In this document: positions 9,469 through 19,336 of the stretch, piece by piece
How positions within the stretch are numbered: position 1 is the stretch's first letter
Layout: every line of letters starts with the position of its first letter
Sequence record: SRR20825019_616
Strand: one strand, 5' to 3'
Length of the DNA stretch: 56,957 bases
Notes under the pieces: generated by a model
What the model saw: the letters and a program-made list of their open reading frames with translations, nothing else
Database searches by the model: none
Told to the model about the DNA's origin: nothing
Made by a program: the position numbers and the translations under genes

Positions 9469-9496
9469 ACTGCGCATAATGTATATTATGTTAAAT
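9469..9496 (+). other. dif: Chromosomal dif site (XerC/XerD)
   Basis: ACTGCGCATAA-TGTATA-TTATGTTAAAT, 26/28 identical to E. coli dif GGTGCGCATAATGTATATTATGTTAAAT; KOPS converge on it. Confidence 0.95.
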
Positions 9497-9578
9497 GGTG
9501 TACGTAGCTCTTTAAAGGTAGAAACAGCAGCCCCGGTCAAATTCCCCTCTCTTCCCATACGCCACCTTCTTCAAACCA

Positions 9579-9609
9579 TTGACTCTGCAGCTACTGCAGG
9601 GTTTTTGAT
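9579..9609 (+). promoter_or_regulatory. MerR-family (CadR/PbrR-type) promoter-operator
   Basis: -35 TTGACT, 19-bp spacer, -10 TTTGAT, dyad ACTCTGCAG-CTA-CTGCAGGGT across the spacer. Confidence 0.75.
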
Positions 9610-9648
9610 ACCCACTGACGGCGCAGATTTAATGGGAGCATTTCTGAA

Positions 9649-10035
9649 ATGAAAACTGAACTGAAACAGGCTTATAACGTGGAACTCACCGCGGCGTGCG
9701 AAGCTGAAGAGTCGCGTAACTTTTCAAAGGCGTTCGCCCACCTTGAGCGAGCTCATATTCTGAGCCAGAAGTATGCTTGGGCGCACACAAGGACCCACAT
9801 TCGCATGCTCAAACTCGGCTGGCGTACGCGTGACATGCGGGAAGTCGTTGGGCAGCTTACTCGAACGTTCGCCGCCTTGTTGTTTTCTCGCATATGGGTT
9901 CCCGTTGGAAATACCGGGCGTGCGAACGTCAGTCCGTTTGCGCCAATGCCTTTGCCAGAAGACCTCGCTCGTGTGCTTTATAAAGAGAGCCATCACCTCA
10001 CCAGGCTGAAGGATAAAAACACCGACTACGGCTAG
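9649..10035 (+). CDS. DUF3703 domain protein
   Basis: AFAHLERAHILSQ, HTRTHIRML, PVGNTGRANVSPFAPMPLPEDL. Confidence 0.85.
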   Translation: MKTELKQAYNVELTAACEAEESRNFSKAFAHLERAHILSQKYAWAHTRTHIRMLKLGWRTRDMREVVGQLTRTFAALLFSRIWVPVGNTGRANVSPFAPMPLPEDLARVLYKESHHLTRLKDKNTDYG

Positions 10036-10038
10036 CCG

Positions 10039-10746
10039 TTAATCGACGTAACCACCCACAGCCTGCAGAATCGTCTGTGAATTGTTGGGTGTTACCCAGG
10101 CCGCGATGGCATTTCGTTTCTGCCCTTTTTCGGGGAACTCTGGAAGTGTAACGGTCCAGCTTTTCTCTCCAGGTACTGTTATTAACTTCAACACCACGAA
10201 ATCGTGTGTGAGTTCCCGGCCGCGGTTTTCTCCAGCTTTCACGGATGTTGTTAACCCCATACCGAGTATGGCTATATGCAACTGGCCAGCCTTCTCGCCA
10301 TCAAATTCTGCCTTAAAGCGACGTTTGTCATTAACGCTTGCCCTGAGTACCCCAACCTGTTTGGTGTCGTCTGTCCAGGTTCGTTGCCCTCGAAACCATT
10401 GGCGCCATTCTTTGTTGTTGATAACGATTCCCGGAGTATAAGACTGGCTAACGTGCCCTTCACGCACATAATTCCGCTGGCGTTCGCTATAAGCAGCTTT
10501 TGCGAACGGGTCTTTCCAGCCGATGTAATCCCAGTAGTCAACGTGGAACGCCATTGGAACGAATTCTTTGAACAGCTCAGGGCTGCTCTTCAAAGAGCTC
10601 AGCCAACGATCAGCGGGAGGACAGCTGCTGCATCCCTCTGAAGTAAACAGCTCAACAACGTCGGTTTTACTCGTTCCACTAGTCCACTCTGCAGCGCTGG
10701 CAAACGACGGCAATAAGAAAAGCAATGCAATAAACCATTTTGTCAT
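10039..10746 (-). CDS. DUF1223 secreted thioredoxin-fold protein
   Basis: Signal peptide; VVELFTSEGCSSCPPAD, FHVDYWDYIGWKDPF, GENRGRELTHDFVV. Confidence 0.9.
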   Translation of the reverse strand: MTKWFIALLFLLPSFASAAEWTSGTSKTDVVELFTSEGCSSCPPADRWLSSLKSSPELFKEFVPMAFHVDYWDYIGWKDPFAKAAYSERQRNYVREGHVSQSYTPGIVINNKEWRQWFRGQRTWTDDTKQVGVLRASVNDKRRFKAEFDGEKAGQLHIAILGMGLTTSVKAGENRGRELTHDFVVLKLITVPGEKSWTVTLPEFPEKGQKRNAIAAWVTPNNSQTILQAVGGYVD

Positions 10747-10970
10747 GTGAACCTCTCATCGGATTAGCCATCTGTATTAATGGATCAGAGCAAGAGGTGC
10801 CTGCTTTGGTTCCTCCCCAAACATAACGTTTCTATAACACTTGGTGACGGTTCTTCGCCGGTTGTCGTTTACATAATGTTGCGAGAAACATGGCTTTGTC
10901 ATGTTTGCGAGGTTTGATGACGGTATAAAATGTGGATCCTCCAACGCAAGAATTTCGGGATTTTGGACAA

Positions 10971-11828
10971 ATGAAAGGCCAAAAGAGATGCCGGTACTTT
11001 CAGTACCTACAGCACCTAATGATTCTGATATTTGTGTCGTTTAGTCCGACGTTGCTTGGAGCGAACACCATCAAAATCAGCACCGGGCACTGGCCGCCGT
11101 ACCTGAGCGAAGATCTACCTGGTGGCGGTTTTGTCTCCCAGATTATTCGTGAATCCTTTGAAAGCGAAGGTGTCGACGTAGAGTTTGCATTTCTTCCCTG
11201 GTCGCGGGCGCTGGCAATGACCAAATCGGGAAAATATCAGGCCTCGGCGATCTGGTCTTGCACCGAATCAAGAAGCCGTGACTTCCTGTTCTCTTCTCCT
11301 TTACTGCCCTATCAATACGTTTTCTATCACCGCACTGCTGAGGCTTTTGACTGGGAAGCCCTTGTAGAGTTGAAAGGAAAGAAAGTTGGTCTGACACAGG
11401 ATTACAGTTACGGCGAAACACTCAGTGATGTTATTGAGAGTGGTCTCGTCGACGCTGACGTCACCACTTCTGACGCGGCTAATTTCAAGAAGCTGCTCCT
11501 TGGTCGCATTGATTTGTTTCCCATGGACCCCGTTGTGGGTGAAGCGATGATAAGAAACCAGTTTGCTTCCCAGGCTTATCAACTGACGTTTCATCCCAAA
11601 CCACTCCGGAAGGCGTTTTACCACGTGCTGTTTAACGCGGAGTCAGCCGGCCTCAGGCAGGCGTTCAATGATGGATTAGTGACGTTGCGCAACAACGGGA
11701 GGTACCAAGCCATCATTGAAAAAGCGGTCGCCGAGAACAGCACACCAGTAACTGCGCAGATACTGGAAGATAAACTGGTCAACTGGGACGCCAAGGCGGC
11801 GCCCTGCTCCCCTCCTCCTGCCAAATAA
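10971..11828 (+). CDS. Periplasmic substrate-binding protein (family 3-like), orphan
   Basis: TGHWPPY, FLPWSRA, FKKLLLGRIDL, FNDGL motifs; start uncertain (10932/10971). Confidence 0.85.
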   Translation: MKGQKRCRYFQYLQHLMILIFVSFSPTLLGANTIKISTGHWPPYLSEDLPGGGFVSQIIRESFESEGVDVEFAFLPWSRALAMTKSGKYQASAIWSCTESRSRDFLFSSPLLPYQYVFYHRTAEAFDWEALVELKGKKVGLTQDYSYGETLSDVIESGLVDADVTTSDAANFKKLLLGRIDLFPMDPVVGEAMIRNQFASQAYQLTFHPKPLRKAFYHVLFNAESAGLRQAFNDGLVTLRNNGRYQAIIEKAVAENSTPVTAQILEDKLVNWDAKAAPCSPPPAK

Positions 11829-12050
11829 TGCGGGTTTGATCGTATCGTTAGGTTCCATGCCGTTTAAGACTTGCTTATACGATGAATGCAGCTAAACTCC
11901 TATTCAGCTTGCATTTTTCATCGCTGTTTGGCTAAGAAATGTGCCATCCTTGGCAGTGTGACCGCCAGGTTTGTCAGTAGCAGGTCTCGGAGTGCAATCG
12001 TTGACTGAATCGTTTCAAATAATGCTAAGAGTAAAGTGCTGAGATTGCGC

Positions 12051-14180
12051 ATGCAGGAACGTCTATCGCCCCCAAGCAGAGCTTTACGCCCCAAGGTGGT
12101 TTCGAGGGTGGTAGCCGCCGTTCTTTGCTATTCAACCTCTTCCATCGTTGTTGCCGCGGATGATTCCCTTTGGGACATTCCCCTGGAAGAGCTTGGTCAA
12201 ATTCGTGTTGTCTCAATCGCCTCTGGAACCGAAACACCTCTCGATAAGGCCGCTGCAATTACTTCGGTCATTAATGCGGACGATATTGCAGCCATGGGCG
12301 CCACGGACTTGGACCAGGTACTTGAAACAGTGCCTGGGCTCCATGTGAATCACTCTGATCAGGCGTTCTCGCCCAAATACGTGTTTCGGGGCATTACTTC
12401 CAGCAATAACGCCCAAGCGCTTCTTCTTATCAACGGCATTCCTACAACCACCATGATGTATGGGAACCGTGGCAACGCCTGGGGCGGTATGCCCGTGAAG
12501 GCCATTGAGAGAATTGAAGTCATTCGGGGCCCAGGCTCGGCTCTTTATGGGGCCGATGCCTACTCCGGTGTCATTAATATCACTACAAAGAACCATCAAT
12601 CGATCAACGACCAAACCGTCGGTGGCAGAGTTGGCAGCTTTGATACACAGGGAGCCTGGTTGGAGTCGGGCCACCAAATCGGCGATATGGGGCTCAGCCT
12701 GGTACTGGAATATCAAACGACGGATGGTTGGGATGAAACTATAGAACGTGATGCGCAGACCAACTTCGACGAAACGTTTGGTACGTCAGCGTCGTTGGCC
12801 CCCGGCCCAGTCAATACAGGTGTCGACCAAGTAGATGCTCGATTCGAATTGAGCGGACAGCGATGGACTTTTCGGGCAGGCCTGCAGGACAGAGGAAATC
12901 TCGGCACCGGCCCAGGCGTTGCGCAGGCGTTGGATCCTGAAGGACAGTTCTCGTCTCGACGTGTGAATGCCGATTACAGTTATCGGTGGTCTGATCTGGC
13001 CGAAGGCCTTGATGTCGAGGCACGGGTCTCTTACTTCAATATAACGCAGGATCCGGAGAACGACATCGTTCTCTATCCACCAGGTGCGTTTAACGGAAAC
13101 TTCCCTGAGGGCCTGATTGGAAGTCCCGGCTATAAAGAGAATCAGTTTAGGTTTGATCTGAACGCTATTTATCGGGGCCTCGAAAACCACCGCATACACA
13201 CCGGGATTGGTACTTTGTGGGCGGATCTTTATGAAGTTACTGAACGCAAGAACTTCAACCCTGATTTCAGCCCCAAAGGCAGTGTAGTGGATGTGTCTGA
13301 TGACCCAACGGAAGTCTGGATGCCTGAGGAAGACCGCACGAACTACTATGCGTTCATTCAAGATGAATGGCAGTTTGCACAAAACTGGCAATTGGTCAGC
13401 GGCATTCGTTTTGACGACTATTCTGACTTCGGCAGCACGTTAAACCCAAGAGCTGCCCTGATATGGGCAACTACCGATAACATCACGACCAAGCTGCTCT
13501 ATGGTCGGGCGTTTCGGGCCCCATCACTGAACGAGCTATATGTCGCCAATAACCCGGTGTTCATGGGTAACGACGAGCTTGACGCAGAAACCATCGACAC
13601 GTTCGAGATAGGCGTTTCTCATCAGATTACAGCCCAACTGCTCTACGGGGTTAACCTGTTCTACTATGAAATTGATGATCTTATTAACGCGGTCCCAATG
13701 TCAGGGCTCATTGCCACGCAATATAGAAATGCGGGCCAACGTACCGGGCACGGTGGCGAACTCGAGTTGACGTATCAGGTGTACGAAGACCTGTCATTAC
13801 AAGGGAACTACGCTTATCAAACGGCAAAAGACGAAGGCACCGGGCAATCGGTTGGCGAAGCCCCTAACCATCAGATTTACACCCGTGTTGACTGGACGGT
13901 ATCGCCACAATGGTTGCTGAGCTCACAGGTAAACTGGGTGGGCAAGCAAAAAAGGGCCGCTGGCGACCAAAGAGAGCCCGTATCGGACTACACCACCGTC
14001 GATATGACCCTTCGTACCCGGGGGCTATGGCAAGGGCTGGATCTTTCACTATCCGTTCGTAACGTTTTCGACGAGGACGTGAGAGACCCCAGCCCGTTTG
14101 CTGACCCTGCCCCACCCATTCCAAATGACTTCCCCATGCCGGGGCGCACTGTAGTCGGTGAACTCTCCTATAGCTTTTAG
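12051..14180 (+). CDS. TonB-dependent receptor (YfiR-associated type)
   Basis: Plug motif IERIEVIRGPGSALYGADAYSGVINI, N-terminal LWDIPLEELGQIRVVSIAS, C-terminal F; no STN domain; start uncertain. Confidence 0.92.
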   Translation: MQERLSPPSRALRPKVVSRVVAAVLCYSTSSIVVAADDSLWDIPLEELGQIRVVSIASGTETPLDKAAAITSVINADDIAAMGATDLDQVLETVPGLHVNHSDQAFSPKYVFRGITSSNNAQALLLINGIPTTTMMYGNRGNAWGGMPVKAIERIEVIRGPGSALYGADAYSGVINITTKNHQSINDQTVGGRVGSFDTQGAWLESGHQIGDMGLSLVLEYQTTDGWDETIERDAQTNFDETFGTSASLAPGPVNTGVDQVDARFELSGQRWTFRAGLQDRGNLGTGPGVAQALDPEGQFSSRRVNADYSYRWSDLAEGLDVEARVSYFNITQDPENDIVLYPPGAFNGNFPEGLIGSPGYKENQFRFDLNAIYRGLENHRIHTGIGTLWADLYEVTERKNFNPDFSPKGSVVDVSDDPTEVWMPEEDRTNYYAFIQDEWQFAQNWQLVSGIRFDDYSDFGSTLNPRAALIWATTDNITTKLLYGRAFRAPSLNELYVANNPVFMGNDELDAETIDTFEIGVSHQITAQLLYGVNLFYYEIDDLINAVPMSGLIATQYRNAGQRTGHGGELELTYQVYEDLSLQGNYAYQTAKDEGTGQSVGEAPNHQIYTRVDWTVSPQWLLSSQVNWVGKQKRAAGDQREPVSDYTTVDMTLRTRGLWQGLDLSLSVRNVFDEDVRDPSPFADPAPPIPNDFPMPGRTVVGELSYSF

Positions 14181-14195
14181 CCGGGCACTGACTGC

Positions 14196-14993
14196 CTAAC
14201 CTTCCCAGTCCCTTTTTTCCCTGCCATGGTAAACGATACTTTCACAGCGGATCGGGAAGAAGCTACCTTCGCGGCGACTTTTGGTATCCCGGAAACACGG
14301 AGCCATTCCTGCTACGAAGCAAGGGGTTAGGATAAGTTGGTACTCCTCGCAACTAAACCCCATGTCAGCAGCTAACGCCGCGTGCACAGCTGCCACATTC
14401 ATCGAGTATCCGTACGTCGTGTTCAAGTGTTCGTAGACCGAAAACGCCATCTTGAGGTAGCGTCCCTCAGAGAAGCCGTACTCTTTTGCTTTATCCAATG
14501 TGAACGCAATGCGTTCGTCTGTTGTCGCGAGCGGACGCCCATAACCATAAAGAATTCGCCCTAAGGATTTTTCGTGGTCAACGAAGTCCTCCAACATTCC
14601 TCCCTCATCGCTCCATTCACCTGCTCTGTAGAAGAAATCAAGGGCTCTAACCTCTGGCCGACGGCCGTATATAGAGGCTTCCGAAATACTTAATCCCGCC
14701 ATGAGACCCAAAGACGGTGTTGTTCGAACGGAGCCTGCCAATGCCGCAACGTGATTGGGCCAGATAGATGGATCCGGATAGCTGGTGCCAACCCAATAGG
14801 AGTTGAGCATCTTAGCGACATTTTCTCCTGGGTCTTTCCCAAGAATGCAGTACAGGTATAGATGCAGCCATTCCAGGTGATCCAGTTCATGGTGGAGATC
14901 CTTACCATGCATAACCACACGTTCTGTCAGAAAGGCTTTTCCGATACGGGTCAGCCAGTGACTTTCTGTTTCAAGTAGCTGCTCATGGTTCAT
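14196..14993 (-). CDS. Citrate synthase/citryl-CoA lyase-fold protein B (degenerate active site)
   Basis: WLTRIG...HGKDL N-terminus, GYGRPLATTDER, MNVAAVHAALAADMGF correspond to CS-like motifs. Confidence 0.75.
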   Translation of the reverse strand: MNHEQLLETESHWLTRIGKAFLTERVVMHGKDLHHELDHLEWLHLYLYCILGKDPGENVAKMLNSYWVGTSYPDPSIWPNHVAALAGSVRTTPSLGLMAGLSISEASIYGRRPEVRALDFFYRAGEWSDEGGMLEDFVDHEKSLGRILYGYGRPLATTDERIAFTLDKAKEYGFSEGRYLKMAFSVYEHLNTTYGYSMNVAAVHAALAADMGFSCEEYQLILTPCFVAGMAPCFRDTKSRREGSFFPIRCESIVYHGREKRDWEG

Positions 14994-15820
14994 CGTCCGC
15001 CCTCCTCGTCTCGCTGTTTAAACGGCCCTGGATCATCTTCCAGTTCAATGGCGGAGCTATAAAATGGGAATTTCTTCCATCCCATTTTACGTTGTTCCAA
15101 CGCATGGACCGCTGCACCGGGCAGCCTGAGCATGAGATAAAGCATGCTACCCTGGTCGCGATCCAGACCAAGATCAACGAACGCCGCCGCCGCAACAGAT
15201 GTTATGGATATCGGGCATCCGAAGAACTCCTCCAAGGCCCCGCGTTGGTTTTGCAGCCAGTGCAACGCTCCGTCTTTCGGCGCGAACTGCACCAAAAGTT
15301 CCAGCGACTGCAGGAGCGTGGTTGGAATCTGATCACCGTTAGGATCAAACCCTGGAGGATGTTCTATCGCGGGCCATATGTCGGCTCTTTCATCTTCCTC
15401 TGGGGCCTGCAGCCTTGATTTCCAGCGATCCACGTCCTGACCACATTCTTCCCATAAGCGGATACAGATCTCCAATTCCTGGGAACCGCCATACAGACCG
15501 GACCCAACAGCAAGTGCTGACATAAGTGCGGAGCTATGGTTAGTGGCAGCTACGCCGCCGTTCATAGCCGCACGAATGCTTGCTTCCTTGGGGCCCTGGT
15601 TGGCAAGAACCAGGGCAAGCTTCTCAAGTAGCACAGCTTCATCCGGCCGGGGCCGTTCACCCTTGAACATCAATAGTAAATACTCGAACCAACCAGCCTT
15701 GGCGATCACCTGGCCATACACATCATAGCCATGACAGTAGCTGGCCTTAGCGGCAAACGGGTTGGACTCTTCTGGCTCTTCAAACCAGAAATCAGAGTGA
15801 TAGACGTAATCTGAGGGCAC
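14990..15820 (-). CDS. Citrate synthase/citryl-CoA lyase-fold protein A (degenerate active site)
   Basis: HGYDV, ANQGPKEASIRAA, PGFDP, LRLPGAAVHALEQ; GTG start; overlaps the next gene by 4 bp. Confidence 0.78.
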   Translation of the reverse strand: MPSDYVYHSDFWFEEPEESNPFAAKASYCHGYDVYGQVIAKAGWFEYLLLMFKGERPRPDEAVLLEKLALVLANQGPKEASIRAAMNGGVAATNHSSALMSALAVGSGLYGGSQELEICIRLWEECGQDVDRWKSRLQAPEEDERADIWPAIEHPPGFDPNGDQIPTTLLQSLELLVQFAPKDGALHWLQNQRGALEEFFGCPISITSVAAAAFVDLGLDRDQGSMLYLMLRLPGAAVHALEQRKMGWKKFPFYSSAIELEDDPGPFKQRDEEGGR

Positions 15821-15835
15821 GCGATTTCCCCTAAG

Positions 15836-17572
15836 TTAATTGTCGTTGGGTATCGAGCCGGTTAACACCTTCATTCTCGATCCTAATGGAGGTACCTGAT
15901 CACCATCGACGATGATATCCAGAAGGCAAGGGCCGGGACGTGACAGAATTTCGGGTATGTCCAGGTCTATCAACTGCTCCATGGTCTGTACTGTGTGAGA
16001 CTCAACACCCAATGCTTTGGCCATCATGGCAAAATCCACACTTGGTAGTTGCGTGGCGACCCGTTCCCCTCCGCTCAATTTCTGTCCATGATTGACCATG
16101 CCTAATGAAGCATCGTTCAGAACGAGCATCAATACATTCAGGTTTTCCTGGAGCGCAATCGTCAATTCCTGACCTGACATCAGATAGCTGCCGTCTCCCG
16201 TAAAACAAACAACCGGCTTGTCCCGGTTGGCTGCGGCCATCCCGATAGAACTACCGATCGCCCAGCCCATTGCAGCAAACCCCAACCCGATATTGAACAG
16301 ATTCCTTTCAGCTGGCATGCCTTTCGGGCGCCGAACATTCCAGTAATGAATCCCCCACAGGAAGCTGTTTCCGGTATCCATAAGGACTCGGGAATCCCGG
16401 GGGCATATCGTACTCATGAAATTCATCAGTGCCTGGGCTTTAATGCGCCCCGATCTTTCAAGACAAACCTCAGGTTCATCAAAACGGGTATTTTCCGGCA
16501 AGGGAGCATCGCTGGTAACTGGCTGTCTGGACTCTCCAGTAGCGTCACCAATCAATTTCTCCGCGATCGCTCCAAATACGAGTTTCGGGGAGCCCAGAAC
16601 TACCAACCTCGCCATTGTTGAACGGCTGAGATGTGAAGGGTTGCTGGAAATATGAATCAGGCGGTCCGACAGTATGGTGGTCGGGTCCCATCCACACGTG
16701 GATACTTCATCGAGGGCTGTGCCGATGGCTACGACACGATCCGCATTCTCCACCTTTAACGCGTCGGTCGCGCTATTGTGGCCGGCGAAACCGAATACGC
16801 CCCTGTAGAGTGGATGAAAGCTATCTACGAGCCCTTTTCCTCGCGGCGTGGTAACGAGTAGCCAATTACGTGATTCCGCCAACGCTACCAATATATCATT
16901 TGCCCCCGTAGCGCCCTCACCCAACACCAGCGTGACCTTATCGGTGCACTCTAAATCGTCCAGCAGCGCCTGGAGGGACGCCTGGTTGGGAGCAACTTCG
17001 TGGTTGAGAAAAGCATTGAGCGCCTGATCCTTTACGTTATCCGGAATCCGATGGCGCATTACATCCAGGGGGATCGCAAGGTGTGCCGGCCCGGGTTGAT
17101 TACTCACAGCATGGCTTACAGCCTGAAGCAGTTTGGTTTCGAGTTGGGCAGGATGCGATACCAGAGTGTTGTAACGCGTACATTTGGCAAACATCTCTAC
17201 TGTATGAATTCCTGTGCAAGATGTTTCCTGCAATGAACCCTGGCCAAACTTGTCCAGCCCTGTTTGCGCCGTTATGACGAGAATGGGAATGCCGTCCGCA
17301 TAGGCTGATGCGACACCGGTTAACAGGTTCGTGGCACCAGGACCAGCAGTTGAACAACAGACGCCTATTTTTCCAGTTTCGCGGGCATACCCTTCTGCCA
17401 TGAAGGCCGCTCCGGATTCATGACGAGCAGTAATGGTCCGAATGCCTCCCCGGCGTTCACTTCTTGCCAACGCATCATAAAATGGTTCAATGCTCCCGCC
17501 AGGAACGCCAAACACATACTCGACACCCAGACGCTCCAGGTAGCGTAATATCAAGTCACCATTTTCGAGCAT
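15836..17572 (-). CDS. Thiamine diphosphate-dependent enzyme (acetolactate synthase large-subunit-like)
   Basis: FGVPGG, RHESGAAFMAEGY, TAGPGATN, GDGSYLM...VLND ThDP motif; no adjacent ilvH/ilvN subunit. Confidence 0.9.
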   Translation of the reverse strand: MLENGDLILRYLERLGVEYVFGVPGGSIEPFYDALARSERRGGIRTITARHESGAAFMAEGYARETGKIGVCCSTAGPGATNLLTGVASAYADGIPILVITAQTGLDKFGQGSLQETSCTGIHTVEMFAKCTRYNTLVSHPAQLETKLLQAVSHAVSNQPGPAHLAIPLDVMRHRIPDNVKDQALNAFLNHEVAPNQASLQALLDDLECTDKVTLVLGEGATGANDILVALAESRNWLLVTTPRGKGLVDSFHPLYRGVFGFAGHNSATDALKVENADRVVAIGTALDEVSTCGWDPTTILSDRLIHISSNPSHLSRSTMARLVVLGSPKLVFGAIAEKLIGDATGESRQPVTSDAPLPENTRFDEPEVCLERSGRIKAQALMNFMSTICPRDSRVLMDTGNSFLWGIHYWNVRRPKGMPAERNLFNIGLGFAAMGWAIGSSIGMAAANRDKPVVCFTGDGSYLMSGQELTIALQENLNVLMLVLNDASLGMVNHGQKLSGGERVATQLPSVDFAMMAKALGVESHTVQTMEQLIDLDIPEILSRPGPCLLDIIVDGDQVPPLGSRMKVLTGSIPNDN

Positions 17573-17631
17573 TGATAATCCTTTTGGAGGTTACGTCCAT
17601 TATTGAAGTGTGAACAAAGGCGGAGAGGTAG

Positions 17632-19323
17632 CTATTCCAGCGGTCGAGGCATGGAAATCCCATACCCCTGGGCATAATCGAGCCCCAGTTCAACCAGACG
17701 GGCTCTCACCTCGTCGTTCTCCACGAACTCGGCAACCGTCTTGAGTCCTGCGGAGTGGCCAATCCGGTTGCACGCATCGACTATCGACAAATCGATTGGG
17801 TCGTCCAGCAGGTTGCGGACGAAACCACCATCAATTTTCAGGTAGTCCACTGGCAGGGCTTTCAGATAGGAGAACGAACTCATGCCCGCGCCGAAATCAT
17901 CAAGCGCGAATTTGAACCCTCTTCTTTTGGCGGAATTGATGAACCTCTGAGTCGCGTTCAGATTGGCAATGGCGGAAGTTTCAGTAATTTCAAAGCAGAT
18001 ACGCTCGGGAATCAGCTTGTACCGCTCCGCTAACTGGCTGATGTACAGAAACAGTTCTGGTTCGTTAAACGAGCTTCCAGACAGATTAATAAAGAACGTT
18101 CCTGTGCTCTCACGCCCGAGCCCAGTGCGATCAAGGTAGTCAAATGCCAGGTCGATGACCTTGCGATCAACTCGTGTCATCAAGTTGAAGCGTTCCGCCG
18201 CAGGAATGAAGGCTCCTGGAGGTACGATGTCATCCCCTTCGTTCAGGCGGACCAGAAATTCGGTGCGATAACCGTCGTTGGCTTCTGGCTGAAGGGCAAC
18301 CATTTCCTGCTGCCATAGGCAGAAACTGTTGTTTTGCAGAGCCTGCTGAATTCGGCTGGTCCAGTTCATATCCCGCTGACGTTGCTGCATATCACTGTCA
18401 TCGGTTTCGTAAAGCTGGACGTTATTGCGTCCCCGATCCTTGGCGGCGTAGCAGGCCAGGTCGGCGTGGCTCAGAAGCTCACCGGCACTGTTGTAGTTTT
18501 CGTTGATCAAAACCATACCGATGCTGAGCGACACCGAGAACGGCTTGTTCTGCCAAACAAAGCGGAACTCATGGACCACTTCACACAGCTTTTCAGCGAC
18601 CTTGTGTGCATGGACCGCGTCGCAACCGCGCAGCAGTACTCCAAATTCGTCGCCGCCGAGGCGAGCCAGGGTATCATCAGAGCGAATTTGAAGTGACAGC
18701 AATGCGGCGACCTGCTTAAGCAAGTAATCCCCAGCCACATGACCACAGGTGTCGTTTATGATCTTGAACTGGTCAAGGTCAAGATAGAGCAGTACATGAT
18801 GACGGCCGGTTTTATGGGTGTCTTCGAGCGCCTGCACCAGCCGCCGCTCGAATTCCCGGCGGTTCACAAGATCAGTCAGGCTGTCATGATAGGCCATATG
18901 CTCCAGGGCATTCTCGGCAACACGCTTGGCCTGGCGCATGAATCCTTCACGTACTTCCCGATCAATGGCAGGAATCAACCGGGACAGGTTGTCCTTCATG
19001 ATGTAATCCTGCGCACCGGCTTTCATGGCGGTAACGGCAACGCCCTCGCCGATCGTTCCGGATACGATGATTACTGGCAGGTCCTTGCAGTACTTCTTGG
19101 TCAGCTCCAATACCCTGAACGAAGAGAAGCCGGGCATGTTGTGGTCGGTAATGACGATATCCCACTTACCCCGGCGAAGGGCATAGGACAGACGGTCTTC
19201 GCTGTCTACCAACTCATGATAGGGGGCTATGCCTCCTTTGCGCATCTCTCGCAGTAGAAGCAGCGCATCGTCTTCTGAATCTTCGACGATCAACATCCGT
19301 AGAGGGCTGGCTGTGTCTGTCAA
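17632..19323 (-). CDS. REC-GGDEF-EAL response regulator (c-di-GMP enzyme)
   Basis: LIVEDSEDD/TDHNMP receiver; RSDD I-site five residues before GGDEF; EFLVR and DDFGAGMSS EAL motifs; likely TTG start at 19323. Confidence 0.92.
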   Translation of the reverse strand: MTDTASPLRMLIVEDSEDDALLLLREMRKGGIAPYHELVDSEDRLSYALRRGKWDIVITDHNMPGFSSFRVLELTKKYCKDLPVIIVSGTIGEGVAVTAMKAGAQDYIMKDNLSRLIPAIDREVREGFMRQAKRVAENALEHMAYHDSLTDLVNRREFERRLVQALEDTHKTGRHHVLLYLDLDQFKIINDTCGHVAGDYLLKQVAALLSLQIRSDDTLARLGGDEFGVLLRGCDAVHAHKVAEKLCEVVHEFRFVWQNKPFSVSLSIGMVLINENYNSAGELLSHADLACYAAKDRGRNNVQLYETDDSDMQQRQRDMNWTSRIQQALQNNSFCLWQQEMVALQPEANDGYRTEFLVRLNEGDDIVPPGAFIPAAERFNLMTRVDRKVIDLAFDYLDRTGLGRESTGTFFINLSGSSFNEPELFLYISQLAERYKLIPERICFEITETSAIANLNATQRFINSAKRRGFKFALDDFGAGMSSFSYLKALPVDYLKIDGGFVRNLLDDPIDLSIVDACNRIGHSAGLKTVAEFVENDEVRARLVELGLDYAQGYGISMPRPLE

Positions 19324-19336
19324 TGGCCTTACCTTT

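Larger units (their letters stand above)
8743..9496. mobile_element. Minimal Xer-integrated element (IMEX satellite or filamentous-phage relic), 725-bp unit
   Basis: Flanked by direct 20-bp dif repeats; contains a gene II/X-like rep fragment, a rolling-circle origin hairpin and a second GC-rich hairpin. Confidence 0.75.

Noticed and set aside
15836-17572. Housekeeping acetolactate synthase (ilvB/ilvI)
   Set aside because: There is no regulatory subunit or ilvC nearby, and the context is accessory signalling and biosynthesis; only the family-level call is kept.
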